IMG/VR virus record: IMGVR_UViG_2534682060_000012
Span: 1 to 4,064 of that record
DNA length: 4,064 bases
Source: a virus
Lineage: Duplodnaviria > Heunggongvirae > Uroviricota > Caudoviricetes
Direction: 5' to 3' (one strand)
The notes below the pieces were generated by a model. The model saw only the letters and a list, made by a program, of their open reading frames with translations. It had not been told where the DNA came from and made no database searches. The position numbers and the translations under genes are program-made. The first letter of the stretch is position 1, and each line of letters begins with the position of its first letter. Below are positions 1-4,064 of this stretch, one piece after another.

Positions 1-246
1 ACCGGAATCAGCCAGCAGGCTGGCGAACAGGAGGCCACGCAGCCGGACAGCGTGATAGCCGAAAATTACGCGCGTGTTGTTGCTGAGGTGATGCGCCGTG
101 ATGGTATTGAGCTTAACGGCGTGGATATGCGCAACATACGAACCAGAGTCCTTGAGTTGCTGGCATACCGTCGCCGTTCTCAACAACGGAGGGAGAGCGC
201 GAAAAGTACTTACCAGTGGAAGAAGCCGGAACGACTGCGGCGGTAA
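1..246 (+). CDS. 3' end of an unidentified protein-coding gene (5' part lies upstream of the window); hydrophilic, Arg/Lys-rich C-terminus
   Basis: Frame 1 is open from nt 1 to TAA at 244-246 (82 codons: TGISQQAGEQEATQPDSVIAENYARVVAEV...YQWKKPERLRR). Codons in the first half look enterobacterial, but the last ~35 codons are rich in rare Arg/Ile codons (ATA, CGA, AGA, AGG, CGG). I do not recognise the protein. Coding status rests only on frame length and partial codon bias. Confidence 0.4.
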   Translation, partial: TGISQQAGEQEATQPDSVIAENYARVVAEVMRRDGIELNGVDMRNIRTRVLELLAYRRRSQQRRESAKSTYQWKKPERLRR

Positions 247-264
247 CTTGCTGATATTCCCGAT

Positions 265-547
265 AACGCAAAATTGCGTTGGCTGGTGGGTGAGTTGCAG
301 ATTTGCAACTCGACCATGAAACTACGGAAACTACCCGTAGTTTGGGTAGTAAGAGTAACACCCAGATTTTGGGGCTTACTCGCGATACCCAAATAAAGGG
401 TATCGGTGGAAGAAATATCGTTTCTCATATGTAAGTACCGAGGGCGGAATTCCGCCTTCGGTTACTTATTGTGCTCATGCACAGGGAGGGGCGGGTCAAA
501 TCTCTGTACCCTGACGTCTTCAGGACTGCCCGCCCCATCGATTTTTT
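265..547 (+). other. Hairpin-dense noncoding segment: eight consecutive stem-loops ending in a T6 tract; candidate structured RNA (3'UTR-derived or sRNA) or DNA-level binding/recombination region
   Basis: Read directly: A) AACGCA/TGCGTT 265-280. B) GAGTTGCA-GATT-TGCAACTC 292-311. C) AAACTACGG/CCGTAGTTT 319-343, with an alternative CTACCC/GGGTAG pairing 331-349. D) GAGTAA...CCCA/TGGG...TTACTC 353-381. E) CGATACCC-AAATAAA-GGGTATCG 383-405. F) ~38-bp imperfect palindrome 431-469 with a perfect 14-bp core GGCGGAATTCCGCC 443-456. G) GTGC/GCAC 471-482. H) GGGGCGGG 488-495 / CCCGCCCC 529-536 with inner CCTGA/TCAGG 510-524, then TTTTTT 542-547. Confidence 0.5.
488..547 (+). terminator. Candidate intrinsic-terminator-like element closing the structured segment
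   Basis: 8-bp all-GC stem (GGGGCGGG 488-495 / CCCGCCCC 529-536) followed 5 nt later by T6 (542-547). The loop is large (33 nt, itself containing a 5-bp inner stem) and the gap before the T-tract is atypical, hence low confidence. Confidence 0.35.
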
Positions 548-802
548 ATACCCGCGAAAAATGAAAAACGCTTCACGCTGGTGGGCCTGATGCCGATATG
601 GGGAGCCGCATACCGGAGAATATCCACCAGCACGGCAACAGCAGAATAGCCCCGACACAGAAAAACCACGAATATGGGGTTTTTGTTATGGCATGGTCAT
701 GATGACCGCCCCTGCTCTGAATGGTGGAAATCACCACGCAGATCATCCACCAGCTTCATGACGGATAGCCGGAAAATGATAATGATTAAAGCGTGTTGAT
801 CT

Positions 803-832
803 TTGTTCGCGGTTGTTCGATATTGTTCGTGA
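803..832. repeat. Three helically phased 10-bp imperfect tandem repeats (TTGTTCG core at 803, 813, 823)
   Basis: TTGTTCGCGG / TTGTTCGATA / TTGTTCGTGA read directly; the 7-nt core is identical in all three units at exact 10-bp spacing. Confidence 0.85.
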
Positions 833-835
833 AGC

Positions 836-859
836 GGTGTAGTTAATGGTGTAGTTAAT
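836..859. repeat. Perfect tandem duplication of the 12-mer GGTGTAGTTAAT
   Basis: GGTGTAGTTAAT at 836-847 and again at 848-859, directly abutting, 10 bp upstream of the candidate -35 element. Confidence 0.9.
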
Positions 860-869
860 ATCACTGTTT

Positions 870-897
870 TTGACGGGCTTGTTATTTGCAACATAAT
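870..897 (+). promoter_or_regulatory. Candidate sigma70 promoter for clpS-clpA
   Basis: TTGACG (870-875), 16-bp spacer, CATAAT (892-897); AT-rich surroundings; about 135 bp upstream of the clpS ATG. Assigned by motif only; the transcription start is not known from this sequence. Confidence 0.4.
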
Positions 898-1032
898 GAA
901 AAATAAAGACTAATTAACTAAATGATATAAATGATAGTTATCTATCATGTGGAGTAGATTGGTCAGGCAAATAAGCTCTTGTCAGCGGCAGGGCGTTCTG
1001 CCGATAACCGTAACCGAAGATGATAACTGACA

Positions 1033-1353
1033 ATGGGTAAAACGAACGACTGGCTGGACTTTGATCAACTGGCGGAAGAAAAAGTTCGCGACGCGCTAAA
1101 ACCGCCATCTATGTATAAAGTGATATTAGTCAATGATGATTACACTCCGATGGAGTTTGTTATTGACGTGTTACAAAAATTCTTTTCTTATGATGTAGAA
1201 CGTGCAACGCAATTGATGCTCGCTGTTCACTACCAGGGGAAGGCCATTTGCGGAGTCTTTACCGCCGAGGTTGCAGAAACCAAAGTGGCGATGGTGAACA
1301 AGTACGCGAGGGAGAATGAGCATCCATTGCTGTGTACGCTAGAAAAAGCCTGA
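1033..1353 (+). CDS. clpS: ClpS, adaptor of the ClpAP protease (N-degron recognition)
   Basis: 106-aa ORF, ATG 1033, TGA 1351-1353. The translation [51 protein letters not shown]... matches ClpS as I remember it for E. coli. It lies 30 bp upstream of clpA, the canonical operon arrangement. Confidence 0.95.
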
Positions 1354-1383
1354 ATGCAGGCATAAAAATTGGGGGAGGTGCCT

Positions 1384-3660
1384 ATGCTCAATCAAGAACT
1401 GGAACTCAGTTTAAATATGGCTTTCGCCAGAGCGCGCGAGCACCGTCATGAGTTTATGACCGTCGAGCACTTGTTACTGGCGCTGCTCAGTAACCCATCT
1501 GCCCGGGAGGCGCTGGAAGCGTGTTCTGTGGATTTGGTTGCGCTCCGTCAGGAACTGGAAGCCTTTATTGAACAAACCACACCCGTTCTGCCTGCCAGTG
1601 AAGAGGAGCGCGACACACAGCCGACGCTGAGTTTTCAGCGTGTACTGCAACGTGCGGTCTTCCATGTCCAATCCTCCGGTCGCAATGAGGTAACCGGTGC
1701 AAACGTTCTGGTCGCTATCTTTAGCGAACAGGAGTCGCAGGCGGCATATCTGTTGCGTAAACATGAAGTCAGCCGTCTCGATGTGGTGAACTTTATCTCT
1801 CATGGCACGCGTAAAGACGAGCCGACACAGTCTTCTGATCCTGGCAGCCAGCCAAACAGCGAAGAACAAGCTGGTGGGGAGGAACGTATGGAGAATTTCA
1901 CGACGAACCTGAATCAGCTTGCGCGCGTGGGCGGAATCGACCCACTGATTGGTCGTGAGAAGGAGCTGGAGCGTGCTATTCAGGTTCTCTGCCGTCGCCG
2001 TAAAAACAACCCGCTGCTGGTGGGGGAATCTGGTGTCGGTAAAACCGCGATTGCGGAAGGTCTTGCCTGGCGAATTGTTCAGGGCGATGTGCCGGAAGTG
2101 ATGGCTGACTGTACGATTTACTCTCTCGATATCGGTTCTCTGTTAGCGGGCACTAAATATCGCGGCGACTTTGAAAAACGTTTTAAAGCGTTGCTCAAGC
2201 AGCTGGAGCAGGACACTAACAGCATCCTGTTTATTGATGAGATCCACACCATTATCGGTGCGGGGGCAGCGTCTGGTGGCCAGGTCGATGCGGCTAACCT
2301 GATCAAACCGTTGCTCTCCAGCGGTAAAATTCGCGTAATTGGTTCGACAACCTATCAGGAGTTCAGCAACATTTTCGAGAAAGACCGTGCTCTGGCGCGT
2401 CGCTTCCAGAAAATTGATATTACTGAACCGTCGATCGAAGAAACTGTTCAAATCATCAATGGCCTGAAACCGAAGTATGAAGCGCACCACGACGTGCGTT
2501 ATACCGCAAAAGCGGTGCGTGCAGCGGTAGAGCTGGCGGTGAAATACATTAACGATCGTCATCTGCCGGATAAAGCCATTGACGTTATCGACGAAGCGGG
2601 CGCTCGCGCACGCCTGATGCCGGTAAGCAAACGCAAGAAAACCGTTAATGTGGCGGATATTGAGTCCGTGGTGGCCCGTATTGCGCGCATTCCAGAGAAG
2701 AGTGTTTCTCAGAGTGACCGCGATACCCTGAAAAACCTCGGCGATCGCCTGAAAATGCTGGTCTTCGGTCAGGATAAAGCCATTGAGGCGCTGACTGAAG
2801 CCATTAAGATGGCGCGTGCAGGTTTAGGTCACGAACATAAACCGGTTGGTTCGTTCCTGTTTGCCGGCCCTACCGGGGTCGGGAAAACAGAGGTGACGGT
2901 ACAGCTTTCGAAAGCGTTGGGCATTGAGCTGCTGCGCTTTGATATGTCCGAGTATATGGAACGCCATACCGTCAGCCGTCTGATTGGTGCGCCTCCGGGA
3001 TACGTTGGTTTTGATCAGGGAGGTTTGCTGACTGATGCGGTCATCAAGCATCCACATGCGGTGCTGTTGCTGGACGAAATCGAGAAAGCGCATCCGGACG
3101 TGTTCAATATTCTGTTGCAGGTGATGGACAACGGTACGCTGACCGATAACAACGGACGCAAAGCGGACTTCCGTAACGTGGTGCTGGTGATGACCACCAA
3201 CGCCGGGGTACGTGAAACTGAGCGTAAATCCATTGGTCTTATCCACCAGGATAACAGCACCGATGCGATGGAGGAGATCAAGAAGATCTTTACACCGGAA
3301 TTCCGTAACCGTCTCGACAACATTATCTGGTTTGATCATCTGTCAACCGACGTGATCCATCAGGTGGTGGATAAATTCATCGTCGAGTTGCAGGTTCAGC
3401 TGGATCAGAAAGGTGTTTCTCTGGAAGTGAGCCAGGAAGCGCGTAACTGGCTGGCCGAGAAAGGTTACGACCGGGCAATGGGCGCACGTCCGATGGCGCG
3501 TGTCATCCAGGACAACCTGAAAAAACCGCTCGCCAACGAACTGCTGTTTGGTTCGCTGGTGGACGGCGGTCAGGTCACCGTCGCGCTGGATAAAGAGAAA
3601 AATGAGCTGACTTACGGATTCCAGAGTGCACAAAAGCACAAGGCGGAAGCAGCGCATTAA
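1384..3660 (+). CDS. clpA: ClpA, AAA+ unfoldase/ATP-binding subunit of the ClpAP protease
   Basis: The ORF track starts at TTG 1369, but the ATG at 1384 is preceded by GGAGG (1374-1378) and gives a 758-aa protein beginning [20 protein letters not shown], which is the ClpA N-terminus as I recall it. Two AAA+ modules are present: Walker A GESGVGKT (nt 2023-2046) and GPTGVGKT (nt 2866-2889), Walker B-like ILFIDEIH and [10 protein letters not shown], and the ClpP-docking IGL tripeptide (nt 3232-3240). Stop TAA 3658-3660. Confidence 0.97.
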   Translation: MLNQELELSLNMAFARAREHRHEFMTVEHLLLALLSNPSAREALEACSVDLVALRQELEAFIEQTTPVLPASEEERDTQPTLSFQRVLQRAVFHVQSSGRNEVTGANVLVAIFSEQESQAAYLLRKHEVSRLDVVNFISHGTRKDEPTQSSDPGSQPNSEEQAGGEERMENFTTNLNQLARVGGIDPLIGREKELERAIQVLCRRRKNNPLLVGESGVGKTAIAEGLAWRIVQGDVPEVMADCTIYSLDIGSLLAGTKYRGDFEKRFKALLKQLEQDTNSILFIDEIHTIIGAGAASGGQVDAANLIKPLLSSGKIRVIGSTTYQEFSNIFEKDRALARRFQKIDITEPSIEETVQIINGLKPKYEAHHDVRYTAKAVRAAVELAVKYINDRHLPDKAIDVIDEAGARARLMPVSKRKKTVNVADIESVVARIARIPEKSVSQSDRDTLKNLGDRLKMLVFGQDKAIEALTEAIKMARAGLGHEHKPVGSFLFAGPTGVGKTEVTVQLSKALGIELLRFDMSEYMERHTVSRLIGAPPGYVGFDQGGLLTDAVIKHPHAVLLLDEIEKAHPDVFNILLQVMDNGTLTDNNGRKADFRNVVLVMTTNAGVRETERKSIGLIHQDNSTDAMEEIKKIFTPEFRNRLDNIIWFDHLSTDVIHQVVDKFIVELQVQLDQKGVSLEVSQEARNWLAEKGYDRAMGARPMARVIQDNLKKPLANELLFGSLVDGGQVTVALDKEKNELTYGFQSAQKHKAEAAH
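1876..1890 (+). promoter_or_regulatory. clpA: Internal in-frame translation initiation site of clpA (Shine-Dalgarno plus ATG of Met169), expected to give the shorter ClpA65 form
   Basis: GGGGAGG at 1876-1882, 5-nt spacer, ATG 1888-1890 in the clpA frame (codon 169). The context is nearly identical to the main start (GGGGGAGG, 5-nt spacer, ATG 1384). Internal initiation at Met169 of E. coli clpA is established knowledge; whether it is used here is inference. Confidence 0.6.
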
Positions 3661-3685
3661 TCTGATTGTTAGGTAGGTTGGTCAA

Positions 3686-3722
3686 GTCCGTAATCTCGAA
3701 AGAGGTTACGGACTTTTTGTTT
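3686..3722 (+). terminator. Rho-independent terminator of the clpS-clpA transcript
   Basis: 12-bp stem GTCCGTAATCTC (3686-3697) / GAGGTTACGGAC (3702-3713) with one G-U wobble and a GAAA tetraloop, followed by TTTTTGTTT (3714-3722); starts 26 nt after the clpA stop. Confidence 0.8.
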
Positions 3723-3724
3723 AT

Positions 3725-3753
3725 GGGGTGGAGGAGGTTCAGACCCTTTTTTT
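3725..3753 (+). terminator. Weak second hairpin plus T7 tract (possible back-up terminator or leader boundary)
   Basis: GGGT (3726-3729) / ACCC (3743-3746) short stem with 13-nt loop, then TTTTTTT 3747-3753. The stem is short, so this is tentative. Confidence 0.3.
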
Positions 3754-3759
3754 GATGAT

Positions 3760-3873
3760 GATGGTAAATTGTTGATAATTAGTGCTGCGGGAAGGTAAGG
3801 ATAAAAAAGGGTGGTAGCAGGAAAATGAGATGGTTTTGCTTTATTAACAACGGGCTAAACGTGTAGTATTTGA
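3760..3873 (+). promoter_or_regulatory. Putative CRISPR leader (AT-rich) with possible promoter
   Basis: AT-rich by eye and lies immediately 5' of the first, best-oriented repeat. A TG-TAGTAT extended -10-like motif sits at 3862-3869, about 5 bp before repeat 1, and TTGATA at 3772-3777. Leader identity is inferred from position and array polarity (degenerate repeat at the far end). Confidence 0.45.
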
Positions 3874-4021
3874 GTTCACTGCCGTACAGACAGCTTAGAA
3901 ATCGACGGGGTGCGGTAAAACCTTTGCGAACGCGTTCACTGCCGTACAGGCAGCTTAGAAATTCACAGGTAACATACTCCACCCGCCCACCATGTTCACT
4001 GCCGTACAGACAGATAAAATG
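3874..4021 (+). CRISPR. Short type I-F (Ypest/Csy-type) CRISPR array with no cas genes in the window: 3 repeats, 2 spacers
   Basis: Repeats: R1 3874-3901 GTTCACTGCCGTACAGACAGCTTAGAAA; R2 3934-3961 GTTCACTGCCGTACAGGCAGCTTAGAAA, the canonical I-F repeat as I recall it; R3 3994-4021 GTTCACTGCCGTACAGACAGATAAAATG, degenerate at its 3' end. Spacers: S1 3902-3933 TCGACGGGGTGCGGTAAAACCTTTGCGAACGC; S2 3962-3993 TTCACAGGTAACATACTCCACCCGCCCACCAT. The 28/32-bp periodicity is exact. Orientation is + from the repeat polarity (3' CTTAGAAA handle) and the distal degenerate repeat. Confidence 0.9.
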
Positions 4022-4023
4022 CG

Positions 4024-4052
4024 AAAAAAAAGCTCGCACTTTCGTACGAGCT
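4024..4052 (-). terminator. Rho-independent terminator for a minus-strand transcript entering from beyond the window end (possibly also bidirectional)
   Basis: On the + strand: A8 (4024-4031), stem AGCTCG (4031-4036) / CGAGCT (4047-4052) with inner pairs A4038-T4045 and C4039-G4044, then CTTCTTT. On the minus strand this reads as hairpin followed by T8, the classic intrinsic terminator. The gene it terminates is outside the window; from memory of E. coli synteny it would be a tRNA-Ser or infA, which is unverified here. Confidence 0.6.
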
Positions 4053-4064
4053 CTTCTTTAAATA

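Noticed and set aside
316-396. 26-codon ORF ATG 316 (MKLRKLPVVWVVRVTPRFWGLLAIPK) inside the hairpin cluster
   Set aside because: There is no Shine-Dalgarno sequence, it is rare-codon-rich (CTA, CGG, AGA), and it is fully explained by the palindromic DNA, so it is most likely non-coding.
265-547. Retron msr-msd ncRNA as the explanation for the hairpin cluster
   Set aside because: A retron needs an adjacent reverse-transcriptase gene. There is no ORF of suitable size on either strand between the hairpins and clpS or overlapping them, and I could not identify the flanking a1/a2 inverted repeats.
265-547. tRNA/tmRNA, REP/BIME, ERIC or IS-element terminal repeats as the identity of the structured region
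   Set aside because: There is no T-arm (GTTCGAATC-like) motif on either strand. The hairpins do not resemble the REP or ERIC consensus as I remember them, and no transposase ORF or terminal inverted-repeat pair is visible. This is not fully excluded without a database search.
98-658. Overlapping ORFs 98-319 (+), 113-361 (-), 210-428 (-), 425-658 (-)
   Set aside because: They overlap each other and the frame-1 ORF, run through the palindromic hairpin region, and have Cys/Arg/Ser-rich low-plausibility translations; there are no start-site signals.
622-754. 10-bp direct repeat ATCCACCAGC at 622-631 and 745-754 (weak DnaA-box-like TATCCACC / TCATCCACC)
   Set aside because: A single exact 10-mer repeat at a non-tandem distance is expected by chance several times in a 4-kb window; the DnaA-box resemblance is only 7 of 9 positions.
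697-894. Minus-strand ORF 697-894 (65 aa, ...LTTPLTTPL...IIIIF...)
   Set aside because: It traverses the AT-rich promoter region and the tandem repeats, which generate the low-complexity peptide; this is not a credible protein.
1-1032. Looked for cspD (cold-shock domain protein, ~74 aa, minus strand) expected upstream of clpS
   Set aside because: No minus-strand ORF with cold-shock-domain character (KGFGFI/VFVHF-type motifs) is present; it is absent from this window.
1474-3657. Six minus-strand ORFs inside clpA (1474-1869, 2118-2306, 2143-2562, 2824-3339, 3015-3323, 3343-3657)
   Set aside because: All lie antisense within a well-supported conserved CDS, have no recognisable motifs and read as compositionally odd (Arg/Leu/Cys-rich) translations typical of shadow ORFs.
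1369-3660. ORF-track start of clpA at 1369 (TTG, 763 aa, MGEVPMLNQ...)
   Set aside because: The TTG overlaps the Shine-Dalgarno sequence itself (GGGGGAGG 1371-1378). The ATG at 1384 has proper spacing and gives the expected ClpA N-terminus [10 protein letters not shown], so the extra 5 codons are an ORF-finder artefact.
3755-3775. Mini-ORF ATGATGATGGTAAATTGTTGA (MMMVNC) after a GGAGGAGG motif
   Set aside because: It has six codons, sits inside the terminator/leader region, and the GGAGG is 20 nt upstream and part of the hairpin loop, so it is not a credible gene.
3779-4061. ORFs 3779-4039 (-) and 3870-4061 (+) with internally repeated peptide motifs (SLPYRQLRN x3; SCLYGSE x3)
   Set aside because: The repetition is simply the translated 28-bp CRISPR repeat at 60-bp period; these are array artefacts, not genes.

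Overview
This window looks like an Escherichia-type chromosomal segment, judged by eye from the sequence and from memory of the protein families; no database search was possible. The core is the housekeeping clpS-clpA operon (clpS 1033-1353, clpA 1384-3660, + strand), followed by a strong intrinsic terminator. Downstream of clpA sits a short type I-F CRISPR array with no cas genes in the window (3 repeats of 28 bp, 2 spacers of 32 bp, 3874-4021) and a minus-strand terminator at the window edge. Upstream of clpS is an AT-rich promoter region carrying two adjacent tandem-repeat families. Further upstream (1-780) the content is not what I expect from E. coli K-12, where cspD and macB should lie: there is only the 3' end of an unidentified ORF (1-246) and a hairpin-dense noncoding stretch of about 280 bp (265-547). 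I do not see a complete novel protein-coding system. The most unusual items are the orphan CRISPR array and the upstream structured segment.
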